A stretch of DNA of 64,000 bases, from IMG/VR virus record IMGVR_UViG_3300035670_000025. One strand, 5' to 3'. The notes beneath the pieces are model-generated. The model saw nothing but the letters and a program-made list of their open reading frames with translations. It searched no databases and had not been told where the DNA came from. This DNA comes from a virus. Of the stretch, positions 1 to 9,930 are shown in pieces. The position numbers were made by a program, and so were the translations under genes. Each line of letters opens with the position of its first letter. The first letter of the stretch is position 1.

Positions 1-407
1 CAGGAATGGTATTAAATGGTCCAGAACAACCTAACCCATTCGTCAGAATACCAAAAGCAGGAGATCATATCGATTTTGATGATCTTATGATTAACTATAA
101 AGTTGATGAAGATCTTCAGAACTATCTTGAGTTGTATAATTGGATAAGAGAACTTGGATTTCCAAATAGTTTTGATGAATACAAATCAATATCAGGAAAT
201 CCAGTTTATACTGGACTTGGAATAACTTCTGATATGTCATTGATTATTCTAACATCTTCAAGAAATCCAAATTATGAAGTAGTATTTAAAGATGCTTTTC
301 CTATTTCAATATCATCATTGATTTTCGATTCTACCCCACAAGATGTTCAATATCTTGAAGCATCAGCAACATTTAGATATAGATCATATAGTATCCAAAA
401 AATGTAA
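1..407 (+). CDS. gp3: T4-like tail completion/sheath stabiliser (gp3-like), probably 5'-truncated by the window
   Basis: PFVRIP..GDHIDFDDL..VDEDLQNYLELYNW..AFPISISSLIFD motifs; position upstream of uvsY-uvsW as in T4-like phages. Confidence 0.75.
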   Translation, partial: GMVLNGPEQPNPFVRIPKAGDHIDFDDLMINYKVDEDLQNYLELYNWIRELGFPNSFDEYKSISGNPVYTGLGITSDMSLIILTSSRNPNYEVVFKDAFPISISSLIFDSTPQDVQYLEASATFRYRSYSIQKM

Positions 408-416
408 AGGATAAAA

Positions 417-875
417 ATGTATACATTTAAACAGTTTATCACTGAAAATTATAAAGGACAGCATGAAGCGCCAGATAAGGAAACTGGAGCACCCTTACAT
501 GATGTTACTTCTAATGGAATTTATCCAAAAGATGTTTATTCACATAAAGGATTTGAATATTATGGAAATCAAGGAAATGATTATGATCAATCTAATTTTA
601 ATAAAATACAAAGGATGAAAGATAAACCAGACGAAAAAATTTATATATTTAGAGCAGTTCCGTTATCTGTTCGTAAAGAAGCAATGAAAAAAGAAATACC
701 AATAAGACATATGATTAGACCAGGAGATTGGGTAACAACATCAAAAGAATATGCACACGAGCATGGTAGAAATCATTTAAATGGCGAATATCATGTTGCC
801 GCAATGAGAGTACCAGCAAAACATATATTCACTGATGGCAATTCTCATTTAGAATGGGGGTATGATCCAAAATAA
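417..875 (+). CDS. Putative ADP-ribosyltransferase-fold protein with capsid-targeting-like N-terminus
   Basis: N-term MYTFKQFITE; R-S/T-E pattern (IFRAV, WVTTS, LEWGY). Confidence 0.45.
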   Translation: MYTFKQFITENYKGQHEAPDKETGAPLHDVTSNGIYPKDVYSHKGFEYYGNQGNDYDQSNFNKIQRMKDKPDEKIYIFRAVPLSVRKEAMKKEIPIRHMIRPGDWVTTSKEYAHEHGRNHLNGEYHVAAMRVPAKHIFTDGNSHLEWGYDPK

Positions 876-879
876 TTGC

Positions 880-908
880 TTGACATTACTCAACATATTC
901 AGTAGTCT
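880..908 (+). promoter_or_regulatory. sigma70-type promoter for uvsY-uvsW
   Basis: TTGACA-N17-TAGTCT followed by AGGAG RBS. Confidence 0.6.
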
Positions 909-931
909 CCTTACAAAAAGAGGAGAATATT

Positions 932-1366
932 ATGTATTTTGAAGATATACAAAAATGTTGGGATTCTGACTCTAAGATAGATAGCACCAATATCGGACAA
1001 GAGTCAATAAGAACCCCACAACTACATGCAAAATATATCAAACTATACTTTGCTGAAAAAACAAAATTACTAAAACATCAACACGCATATAAAACTCTAA
1101 GAGCAGAAAAGAAAGAGTTTTTTATTAATCCTACCAAAGAAGTAATGCAAGAAAAACAATGGAAAATTCCAGAAAGAGGAAAGATTCTCAAATCTGAAAT
1201 AGAATTTTTCCTTGATTATGATTCGGAATTGCTCGAAATGGAATTGAAAATTGGTGTGCAACAAGAAAAAGTAGAATATCTCAAAATGATTCTTCAATCA
1301 ATAAATGGAAGAACATTTGTTATAAAAAACTTTATTGAAGAAAGAAAGTGGTTATCTGGAGCATGA
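932..1366 (+). CDS. uvsY: Recombination mediator UvsY
   Basis: W..DSKID..ES.RTPQLHAKY..RTFVIKNFIE; synteny. Confidence 0.9.
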   Translation: MYFEDIQKCWDSDSKIDSTNIGQESIRTPQLHAKYIKLYFAEKTKLLKHQHAYKTLRAEKKEFFINPTKEVMQEKQWKIPERGKILKSEIEFFLDYDSELLEMELKIGVQQEKVEYLKMILQSINGRTFVIKNFIEERKWLSGA

Positions 1367-2793
1367 TAGAAATTTCAAAAATAAATGAAGTATATATTAA
1401 AGTCTCTTCAACCGATAAAGGCATCGAAGAAGAACTTAAAGAATATTTCACGTTCCAAGTTCCTGGATATAAGTTTATGCCCGCATTTAAACGTGGAACA
1501 TGGGATGGGAAATTGAGACTTTATAATCCTAGAAATAAGTCAATTTATCACGGACTTTTTCAAGAAATCGTAAAGTTTGCTGAAGATAGAGAATATAATA
1601 TATCGTATACTAACGAGTTTACGAATACCCCATTTTCACTCACTGAGAGTAGACATTTCTTTGATTCTCTAAACCTTCCTTTAGAACCAAGAGATTATCA
1701 AATAGATGCTTTTGTATCTGCCATAAGAAGCAGTAGAAGAGTATTATTAAGTCCTACTGGAAGTGGCAAATCTTTTATTATATATCTTATATCCAGATAT
1801 TATGCCAAGAAAACTTTATTTATAGTTCCAACAACAGGATTAGTTCATCAATTGGCATCTGATTTTAAATCATATGGTTATAATTTAAATTGTCATCTAA
1901 TTACTTCTGGAAAAGAAAAAGATACTGATTGTCAATATACAATTTCCACATGGCAAAGCATATATCGTATGCCACAAGAATGGTTTAATCAATTTGAAGT
2001 AGTGATATGTGACGAAGTTCATTTAGCAAAAGCAGCATCACTTACTAAAATTATGTGCAACCTTGCAAATTGTAAATATCGTTTTGGATTTACAGGAACT
2101 TTAGATGGAACACAAACAAATAAATTAGTTGTTGAAGGATTGTTTGGTCCTGTGAAAGAAGTAACAACAACTGCTAAGTTAATAGAAGAAAAACATCTTG
2201 CAGATTTTCGTGTCAAATGCATAGTATTTGATTATGCAGATGATGTTAAAAAAGCAGCAAAGAAACTTGATTATCAACAAGAAATTGATTATATTATATC
2301 AAATCAAAAAAGAAATAAGTTCATAGTAAACTTAGCAAATTCTCTTAATGGTAATACTCTAATATTATTTCAATATGTTGAGAAACACGGTGAAGTATTA
2401 CATCGTATGCTTCAATCTATTACTGATAGACCAGTATATTTCATACATGGTGGGGTAGATGGAGAAGAAAGAAATGATATGAGAGAAATTGTTGAATCTC
2501 AAACAAATGCTATAATTGTTGCTTCTGTTCAGACATTTTCTACTGGAATAAATATCAAGAGTCTTGAGAATATAATATTTGCATCACCATCTAAATCGAG
2601 AGTTAGAACGTTGCAATCTATTGGTCGTGTATTGAGAAAAAGTGAAAGTAAAGTAAAATCTACATTATTTGATATTGCAGACGATTTATCATGGAAATCT
2701 AGTAAGAATTATACTATTCTTCATTATATAGAAAGAGTTAAGATTTATAATCAAGAGAAATTTCCATATAAAGTTTATAGAGTTAGTATTTAA
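1363..2793 (+). CDS. uvsW: SF2 DNA helicase UvsW
   Basis: PRDYQ, SPTGSGKS, DEVH, QSIGRVLR; ATG at 1363 overlaps uvsY stop (ATGA). Confidence 0.95.
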   Translation: MIEISKINEVYIKVSSTDKGIEEELKEYFTFQVPGYKFMPAFKRGTWDGKLRLYNPRNKSIYHGLFQEIVKFAEDREYNISYTNEFTNTPFSLTESRHFFDSLNLPLEPRDYQIDAFVSAIRSSRRVLLSPTGSGKSFIIYLISRYYAKKTLFIVPTTGLVHQLASDFKSYGYNLNCHLITSGKEKDTDCQYTISTWQSIYRMPQEWFNQFEVVICDEVHLAKAASLTKIMCNLANCKYRFGFTGTLDGTQTNKLVVEGLFGPVKEVTTTAKLIEEKHLADFRVKCIVFDYADDVKKAAKKLDYQQEIDYIISNQKRNKFIVNLANSLNGNTLILFQYVEKHGEVLHRMLQSITDRPVYFIHGGVDGEERNDMREIVESQTNAIIVASVQTFSTGINIKSLENIIFASPSKSRVRTLQSIGRVLRKSESKVKSTLFDIADDLSWKSSKNYTILHYIERVKIYNQEKFPYKVYRVSI

Positions 2794-2810
2794 TCCTCAT
2801 AGGAGGAAGC

Positions 2811-3203
2811 ATGTCAGAAAACATACAACACATAAGACTTATTAACGGTGAAGAAATTATTGGAGACATAATAGATTATTACGATAATAAACTTCTTATT
2901 TCTTGTCCATTAGTGGTATCTGAAAAGATGACCCCTGGAGGCAAATCAGCAATAGTATTAACAAAATACATGCCTTTTGCAACAACAAATATATGTGAAA
3001 TATCAACCAATCATATTATTACTACAACAGATTTACATGAAGAAATGATAAGATATTATCATCATTCCTTAAGATTTTCTTTTGTACATGAAGAGAATAT
3101 GATTAAAGAAATACAATCAGTGAATATTATGATGGAAGCATCATTGATGGATAGTTATTCTAACAGCATTAAATCAAATGATGGTTCAGGATCATTACAT
3201 TAA
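2811..3203 (+). CDS. Sm-like-fold conserved T4-like protein
   Basis: IRLINGEEIIG N-terminal motif; between uvsW and gp55. Confidence 0.55.
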   Translation: MSENIQHIRLINGEEIIGDIIDYYDNKLLISCPLVVSEKMTPGGKSAIVLTKYMPFATTNICEISTNHIITTTDLHEEMIRYYHHSLRFSFVHEENMIKEIQSVNIMMEASLMDSYSNSIKSNDGSGSLH

Positions 3204-3263
3204 CATTTCACTGACACAGTCATTATACAGGCACCAGAAATCTCGTCAAGGAAAAAATACAGC

Positions 3264-3791
3264 ATGAGAAAAAGAAATTATGTGAATAACAAAAGATTGT
3301 ATGAAGTGATTTGCGAATATAAAATTGAATGCAATCAAAACAAACTTATGAACAAAGAATCTCCTCCAATTCCTTCATATATTGGAGAAGCAATATTATT
3401 GATTGCAACTAATCTGGCAAACAAGTCCAGTTTCTTTGCTTATTCATATAAAGATGAAATGATTTCTGATGGTGTGGAAAATTGTTTGCTATATCTTCAT
3501 AATTTTAATCCAGATAAAACAAACAACCCATTTGCATATTTTACACAAATAATTAAATTTGCCTTTATTAGAAGGATTGACAAAGAGAAGAAACAACAAT
3601 ATATAAAAATTAAAAATATGAAATCGTTGATGCTTGAAGATGTTGGAGATGATTTGTATAATTATGCTCAACAAGATTCTGTATTCAATGAAGTATCGGA
3701 TGAATTTGTCAGACAGTATGAAAATAAGTTGACAGAGAAAAAGAAAATTGCTAAGGTCAGTTCTAATACAATTCAACAATTTTTTGAATGA
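3264..3791 (+). CDS. gp55: Late-transcription sigma factor gp55
   Basis: YVNNK, YSYKDEMISDGVEN, NPFAYFTQI..AF.RRI.KEKKQ. Confidence 0.95.
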   Translation: MRKRNYVNNKRLYEVICEYKIECNQNKLMNKESPPIPSYIGEAILLIATNLANKSSFFAYSYKDEMISDGVENCLLYLHNFNPDKTNNPFAYFTQIIKFAFIRRIDKEKKQQYIKIKNMKSLMLEDVGDDLYNYAQQDSVFNEVSDEFVRQYENKLTEKKKIAKVSSNTIQQFFE

Positions 3792-4003
3792 GGTTAACTA
3801 TGTATATGAAAGAAGAAGCAAAAAACAAACTGCCACCTATCATCGTTGAATACATTGAAAAGTTGTCTGATGATAAGACAAATAAATGGCAAAGAGATAT
3901 GTATTGTGTGATGCTTGAAAGGATTCAACGTGCCTGTCAAGATGCAATTAATACACATAATATGAAAACCTTAAAAGCACCAAAAATTACAACAAAGAAA
4001 TAA
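3788..4003 (+). CDS. Hypothetical protein
   Basis: ORF coupled between gp55 and gp47. Confidence 0.6.
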   Translation: MRLTMYMKEEAKNKLPPIIVEYIEKLSDDKTNKWQRDMYCVMLERIQRACQDAINTHNMKTLKAPKITTKK

Positions 4004-4008
4004 ATATT

Positions 4009-5064
4009 ATGTTAATTGCTATTGTTTGTGACACACACTATGGTGCTAGATCAGATTCTACTATTCTTCTAGATAACCAAAAACAGTTTTTTGATAACAC
4101 CTTTTTCCCAACATTAAAGGAAAAGGGTGTGAATACTGTTATTCATTTGGGAGATTTAGTAGATAGAAGAAAATATATTAATTTTAATACATCAAAAAGA
4201 ATGAGAACAGATTTTCTCAATCCGTTGCAAGAATATACTGTTCATATGATTGTTGGAAATCATGATGTATTTCATAAAAATACGAACGAAGTAAACGCAT
4301 TGCAAGAATTGCTGAATAGTTATTCTTTTGATGTTTATACAAACACAACTAAAATTGTGATTGATGGTTCTCCTATTCTTTTAGTTCCTTGGATAACAAC
4401 ACAAAATGAATCGCATACAATGCAAATGATTGATGATACAAAAGCACAAATTTGTATGGGTCATTTTGAACTTTCAGGATTTGAATTTTATAAAGGTGTT
4501 GTATCAGAACATGGTATGTCTCCTGATACTTTAAGTAAATTTGATTTGGTATTTTCGGGACATTATCATCAGAAATCATCAAAAGGAAATATTCATTATC
4601 TTGGTGCTCCTTATCCAATGACTTGGGCAGATTATGATTGTCCTAGAGGATTTCATTTATTTGATACAAATATAAGAGAACTTACTTTCATTGCAAATCC
4701 TTATTCTATCTTTACACAAATTAATTATGATGATACAAACTGTAAGACATTAGAGGATATTATCCAACAGTTTGTATCATGTAATAATATTACTAACAAT
4801 TATTGTAAAGTTATTGTTAAGAAAAAGTCAAACCCATATTTGTTTGATCTTTTTATTAATGAGTTAGAGAAACAATCTCCAAACGAAATAAAAATCATTG
4901 AACATAGTATATTAGTTACTGAAGAAACGACTTTTGACCAAGCAGAAGATACAATTTCAATCTTAAGAAAAACGATTGATGGTCTTGATGTAGAAGTAAA
5001 TAAACCACAATTACAAGATTTATTTTCTGACTTATATCAGCAAGCAAGCAATATGGAAATTTGA
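4009..5064 (+). CDS. gp47: Recombination endonuclease subunit gp47 (Mre11/SbcD-like)
   Basis: DTHYG, GDLVDRRK, GNHD, GHFE, SGHYH phosphoesterase motifs. Confidence 0.95.
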   Translation: MLIAIVCDTHYGARSDSTILLDNQKQFFDNTFFPTLKEKGVNTVIHLGDLVDRRKYINFNTSKRMRTDFLNPLQEYTVHMIVGNHDVFHKNTNEVNALQELLNSYSFDVYTNTTKIVIDGSPILLVPWITTQNESHTMQMIDDTKAQICMGHFELSGFEFYKGVVSEHGMSPDTLSKFDLVFSGHYHQKSSKGNIHYLGAPYPMTWADYDCPRGFHLFDTNIRELTFIANPYSIFTQINYDDTNCKTLEDIIQQFVSCNNITNNYCKVIVKKKSNPYLFDLFINELEKQSPNEIKIIEHSILVTEETTFDQAEDTISILRKTIDGLDVEVNKPQLQDLFSDLYQQASNMEI

Positions 5065-5065
5065 T

Positions 5066-5287
5066 ATGTTGACTTTTGAAAAAATCCGATGGCAGAAAAG
5101 TATCATAAATACTCATAAAAGAACATTATCTGGGATTGATGGTGGTTATCAATTAGACCACATCATATCGATAAAATTTGGATTTGACAATAACATATCT
5201 CCTGAGGCATTATCAGAAAAAAGTAATTTGAGAATGTTGCCTTGGAAAAAGAACCTAGAAAGAAATTGGGTTAAAAATACCTTTTAA
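5066..5287 (+). pseudogene. Original gp46 N-terminus (MLTFEKIRWQ) fused to an HNH endonuclease remnant
   Basis: First 10 aa align with gp46 start; YQLDHIIS..NLRMLPWKKN is an HNH C-terminal fragment; AAAATCCGATGGCA repeated at 5081 and 5332. Confidence 0.7.
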
Positions 5288-5316
5288 GTTAAAATTATTA
5301 TGTGGAGGATGTGACC

Positions 5317-7023
5317 ATTCTTATATTTTCTAAAATCCGATGGCAAAATTTTCTGTCTACGGGAAACATGTTTACGGAAATCCAACTTAATTCTCATAAT
5401 AATACTTTAATTTGTGGGGTCAATGGTTCTGGAAAAAGTACTTTGATTGATGCGATAACATTTGTTCTTTTTGGAAAATCGTTTCGTAATATAAACAAAC
5501 CACAATTAATCAACAGTACAAATTCTAAAAATATGTTGGTAGAAATAGAATTTTCTATCAATGGAAACAAATACATAGTTCGTCGTGGAATGAAACCAAA
5601 TATATTTGAAATCTATCAAAACGGAACTTTGATAAATCAATCAGCAGACAGTAAAGATTATCAATCAATTTTAGAAAAAACAATTCTTAAAATGAATTAT
5701 AAATCATTTTGTCAGGTTGTTGTTCTTGGTTCTGCAAACTTTACTCCGTTTATGCTATTACCAGCAGCACAAAGAAGAGCATTTGTTGAAGATTTGTTGG
5801 ATATACAAATATTCACAACCATGAATGCTTTGCTTAAAGATAAAACAGCAGAAAACAAGTTTGAGATCACAGATTGTGATACCAAAATCAAGATTGCAGA
5901 AAATACTTTAGAAGTGAATAAAAAGCATAGAGAACGTGCTTCTCGTGATATCATGGAATTAATTTCTCAAAAAGAAACATTGATTAAAGAAACTCAATTA
6001 GAATTAGATACTCACAATTCTGAGTTCTCTTCCTTGGAAATTAAAAGCAATCAATTACAGTCAAAAATAAGCAAGAACAGGCAGAAAAATAAGAATGCAC
6101 TGGATAAGGCATACAATATGAGAACTGCCCTAGAATCTAAATTAAAGGGCAATGAGAAGGGTATTGCATTCTATCAGGGAAATGATTCTTGTCCCACCTG
6201 TGAACAACATATTACTTCTGATTTTAAAGATAAGAAATTGCTTGATATTTCTACAAAGAAAGAAGAAAACGAATCTATTCTCAAAGAATTATCAGAAAAG
6301 ATTTCAAAACTGGAAAAGAATCAAGAGCAAATTATTTCATGGGCAGATGAATTACAACAACTAAACAAAGAACTTATTGAACTTTCTTCTAAAATTAATT
6401 TCTGCATGAAAGTAATTTCTTCATATGAGAAAGATATCAAAGATTTGAACAATAATTCGTTGGTCGAAATTGATGATACAGAAACTATTAATAAATTGAA
6501 TTATTTGAAAAAAACAAAAGAACATCTTTTTGCTCAAAGAGAACTATATAATGTTGGTCTCGTTTTGTTGAAAGATGGTGGAATTAAGGCAAAAATTATC
6601 AAACAATATATTCCAGTTATCAATCAGATGATTAACAAGTATTTGGACGATATGGAATTTTTCTGTCAATTTACTATTGATGAAACCTTTGAAGAAAAGA
6701 TAAAGTCCAGATATAGGGATGCTTTTACCTTTGAATCTTTTTCTGAAGGAGAAAAAATGAGATTGAATCTTGCTATTCTTTTTACATGGAGAGAATTGGC
6801 AAGAATGAGAAATTCAGCAGCAACGAATCTTCTAATACTTGATGAAATCATGGATTCTTCTTTAGATTCATCTGGTACTGAAGAATTCATTAAAATTGTT
6901 CAATCGTTAACAAAACGAAATAATGTATTTGTTATTAGTCATAAGACGGATCAAATACAAGAACGATTTGAAAATATTATTAGATTTGAAAAGAAAAAGA
7001 ACTTTTCAAAGATTGTAGAATAG
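5317..7023 (+). CDS. gp46: Recombination ATPase gp46 (Rad50/SbcC-like); start uncertain (ATT 5317, GTG 5302/5311)
   Basis: GVNGSGKST, CPTC zinc hook, FSEGEK, LLILDEIMD. Confidence 0.95.
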   Translation: MLIFSKIRWQNFLSTGNMFTEIQLNSHNNTLICGVNGSGKSTLIDAITFVLFGKSFRNINKPQLINSTNSKNMLVEIEFSINGNKYIVRRGMKPNIFEIYQNGTLINQSADSKDYQSILEKTILKMNYKSFCQVVVLGSANFTPFMLLPAAQRRAFVEDLLDIQIFTTMNALLKDKTAENKFEITDCDTKIKIAENTLEVNKKHRERASRDIMELISQKETLIKETQLELDTHNSEFSSLEIKSNQLQSKISKNRQKNKNALDKAYNMRTALESKLKGNEKGIAFYQGNDSCPTCEQHITSDFKDKKLLDISTKKEENESILKELSEKISKLEKNQEQIISWADELQQLNKELIELSSKINFCMKVISSYEKDIKDLNNNSLVEIDDTETINKLNYLKKTKEHLFAQRELYNVGLVLLKDGGIKAKIIKQYIPVINQMINKYLDDMEFFCQFTIDETFEEKIKSRYRDAFTFESFSEGEKMRLNLAILFTWRELARMRNSAATNLLILDEIMDSSLDSSGTEEFIKIVQSLTKRNNVFVISHKTDQIQERFENIIRFEKKKNFSKIVE

Positions 7024-7031
7024 GAGACCTA

Positions 7032-7448
7032 ATGATAAGAATAGCATTAGCAATAGTATTAGCATTTTCAACCCCAACAATAGCAGAACCATATAAAGTA
7101 TTACGGGTGTTGGATGGGGATACTGTAGAAATAGAAGCAAAATTTTTACCAAAAGAATTGAAACAAACTTTGCTTCTCAGAATTTCTGGTATTGATAGTC
7201 CAGAAATTGGAGGAAAAGCAAAATGTCCAAATGAAAATAAATTAGCACAAGAAGCAAAATCTTTTGTTATTACAGAAATTAATAAAGCAAAAGTGGTTGA
7301 CATAAAACTTATAAAATGGGATAAGTATGGAGGCAGAATAGTTGGAGATGTTTATGTAGATGGTATTTTGTTGAGTAAGAAATTGATTGCAATGAAACTT
7401 GCAGTTTCATATGATGGAAAGAAAAAACCAGATTGGTGTAACAAATAA
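7032..7448 (+). CDS. Thermonuclease (SNase) family protein with signal peptide
   Basis: VLDGDT, LRISGIDSPE, DKYGGR. Confidence 0.85.
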   Translation: MIRIALAIVLAFSTPTIAEPYKVLRVLDGDTVEIEAKFLPKELKQTLLLRISGIDSPEIGGKAKCPNENKLAQEAKSFVITEINKAKVVDIKLIKWDKYGGRIVGDVYVDGILLSKKLIAMKLAVSYDGKKKPDWCNK

Positions 7449-7459
7449 GGATTAAAAAA

Positions 7460-7948
7460 ATGCATTATCGTATTTTTAGAGACATTTTATTTGCACTAGC
7501 ATTGACATTTTTAGTTTTTGTTATTTTTACAACAAAACCCGCAAGAGCACAAATAGATTGTTTTCCAAATTGTTTTTCTTCTGAAACAAGTCAACAAAAA
7601 CTTGTAAAGGTGAAGCAACAAAAACTTGCAAAAAAGAAAAGAATCAGAACAGTTGCAAGAACAAGAAATGTAGATTCTTCTGGGTTAGCATCCTATTATT
7701 GGCAACCACAAAGAGTTGCTTCAGGAGGATGGTTTAATCCAAATGCATTGACTGCTGCACATAGAACCTTGCCTTTTGGAACAAGAGTTAGAGTTACAAA
7801 TGTAAGAAATAATAAGTCTGTAATTGTAACAATCAATGACCGTGGACCTTTTATTAGAGGAAGAATTATTGACTTATCTCTTGCTGCTGCTAAAGTGATT
7901 GCGATGACAAAATCGGGAGTGGTTCCTGTTAAAATTGAAAGGGTATAA
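7460..7948 (+). CDS. rlpA: RlpA-family lytic transglycosylase (DPBB domain)
   Basis: ASYY, LTAAHRTLPFGTRVRVTN, INDRGPF.RGRIIDLS. Confidence 0.9.
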   Translation: MHYRIFRDILFALALTFLVFVIFTTKPARAQIDCFPNCFSSETSQQKLVKVKQQKLAKKKRIRTVARTRNVDSSGLASYYWQPQRVASGGWFNPNALTAAHRTLPFGTRVRVTNVRNNKSVIVTINDRGPFIRGRIIDLSLAAAKVIAMTKSGVVPVKIERV

Positions 7949-7949
7949 T

Positions 7950-8186
7950 ATGGATTATGAAACAGCAGTGAAAGCAGAAACAATTCTGGAAATGAAAGAT
8001 AGATTTCTCAAAACTGTTATTGATGTCATGAAAATGCATGGAGACGATAAAACAGGATTGCCAATGATTTCTGCTTCAATTGTTATGTTTGTACAAGAAT
8101 TGGATAGATCAATACATCCAGGATTTTCTTTAATTGTTTCTGAACAACTCATTTCTGATGTAAGAAAGAGAAAAGATAATGGATAG
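7950..8186 (+). CDS. Hypothetical protein
   Basis: ORF in operon context. Confidence 0.55.
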   Translation: MDYETAVKAETILEMKDRFLKTVIDVMKMHGDDKTGLPMISASIVMFVQELDRSIHPGFSLIVSEQLISDVRKRKDNG

Positions 8187-8673
8187 TTTGGTAAGACAAT
8201 TAGTTCCTAGTACAGATGAAATCTTATTTAAGAAAACGGAGAGATTTGATTTTTCAAATCCTCCTATTCATCCATCTGAACTGGCACACATTTTAGCACA
8301 AACTATGATTGCTAATAATGGAATAGGATTAGCAGCACCTCAAGTGGGTCTACCTTATAGAGCATTTGTTATGACAGGTAAACCTATCACGTGTTGTTTT
8401 AATCCTATTATTGTTGATATTTCTTCAGAAGAAATATATTTGGAAGAAGGGTGTTTAACTTTTCCAAATTTGATTGTTAAGGTCAAAAGACCTAAGATGA
8501 TTAGAGCAAGATATACTAATCCAGACGGGCAAACTGTAACAAATAAATTTATTGGTATGACTGCAAGAATATTCCAACATGAATTAGATCATTTAAATGG
8601 AATTCTATTTACACAAAGAGCAAACAGTTATCATTTAGAACAAGCAAGAAAAAAGAAAGTGAGGATGAAATAA
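8179..8673 (+). CDS. def: Peptide deformylase
   Basis: GIGLAAPQVG, EGCLT, QHELDHLNG. Confidence 0.95.
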   Translation: MDSLVRQLVPSTDEILFKKTERFDFSNPPIHPSELAHILAQTMIANNGIGLAAPQVGLPYRAFVMTGKPITCCFNPIIVDISSEEIYLEEGCLTFPNLIVKVKRPKMIRARYTNPDGQTVTNKFIGMTARIFQHELDHLNGILFTQRANSYHLEQARKKKVRMK

Positions 8674-8966
8674 TGGTTATGACTACATCATCTCTATACG
8701 TTGATCCGATACAACCACAAGTTCAACAAGAACAACCAAAGGTAAAATCTGATGGTGGATCTACATCATATTATGAATTACCAGATAGTGCAAAAGAACT
8801 GAATGATTTGATTGAATACAAGAATATGAATTTTGCATTGGGAAATATATTCAAGGCATGTTATAGATTTGGTGAAAAGGATGGTGCAGAAAAAATATAT
8901 GACTTGAACAAGATTATATATTTTGCAGAGAGATTGAAGACGATGGTTGAAAAAGGACAAGCATAA
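8673..8966 (+). CDS. DUF3310-like phage protein
   Basis: GGSTSYY..MNFALGNIFKACYR.G.K..YDLNKI. Confidence 0.6.
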   Translation: MVMTTSSLYVDPIQPQVQQEQPKVKSDGGSTSYYELPDSAKELNDLIEYKNMNFALGNIFKACYRFGEKDGAEKIYDLNKIIYFAERLKTMVEKGQA

Positions 8967-9008
8967 ATACTATCGTGATTATATCAATGATTAAGGAGAA
9001 ATAATAAT

Positions 9009-9875
9009 ATGGAAATCAAGATTCCCGTTGCAGAATTAAAGAAGAAAAAGTTATTCCTAGCAGTTCCGATGTACGGAGGAAATTGCAGCGGAATGTTTGC
9101 CAGATCGATTGCTGATTTATCTGCAATGTGTGTGCATTATGGTGTGGCATTGCAGATGTATTTTCTATTCAATGAATCACTAATTCCCCGAGCAAGAAAC
9201 TATTGTTGTGATGAATTTATGCGTTCTGATGCAACCCATATGATGTTTATTGACGCAGATATTGGGTTTAATCCACATGATGTTATTGCTCTGCTTGCAC
9301 TACAATCAGATGAATCCGAATATGATGTTATCGGTGGTCCATATCCCAAGAAGTGCATTGCATGGGAAAAGATTAAGATGGCAGTTGATAAGGGATTTGC
9401 TGATGAAGATCCAGGTAAGTTAGAAGCATTTGTTGGTGATTATGTTTTCAATCCAAAGGGAAATCAAACTTCAATTCCATTAGGACAACCAGTTGAAGTG
9501 CTAGAAATTGGCACTGGATTTATGATGATGCGTAGAAAGACATTCCAGACTTTCGTTGAAAAGTTCCCACAATATTCATATAAACCAGATCATGTTCGTA
9601 CTGAACATTTTGATGGTTCTCGTGAAATTATGATGTTCTTCCAAGCAGAAATCGATCCAGTTTCTAAAAGATATCTATCAGAAGATTATTGGTTCTGTCA
9701 AAAGTTGCAAGAAGCAGGGTTGAAGACTTGGTTATGTCCATGGATGAAACTGCAACACGTTGGTACAATGGTGTTTGGTGGATCATTAGTTGATCTTGCA
9801 GCATTGGGTGCTAGTGCTACTGCTGATGCTGGACAACTTGATGAAATTAAGAAGAGAAAAAAGAAGGCGGGTTGA
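9009..9875 (+). CDS. GT-A-fold glycosyltransferase-like protein
   Basis: NESLIPRARN, FIDADI (DxD), GTGFMM, YLSEDYWFC. Confidence 0.7.
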   Translation: MEIKIPVAELKKKKLFLAVPMYGGNCSGMFARSIADLSAMCVHYGVALQMYFLFNESLIPRARNYCCDEFMRSDATHMMFIDADIGFNPHDVIALLALQSDESEYDVIGGPYPKKCIAWEKIKMAVDKGFADEDPGKLEAFVGDYVFNPKGNQTSIPLGQPVEVLEIGTGFMMMRRKTFQTFVEKFPQYSYKPDHVRTEHFDGSREIMMFFQAEIDPVSKRYLSEDYWFCQKLQEAGLKTWLCPWMKLQHVGTMVFGGSLVDLAALGASATADAGQLDEIKKRKKKAG

Positions 9876-9930
9876 CCGTCTTAATTCCTTCTGATAAGGT
9901 GAGTTCCTTTTGCAATGATGGAGATATATT

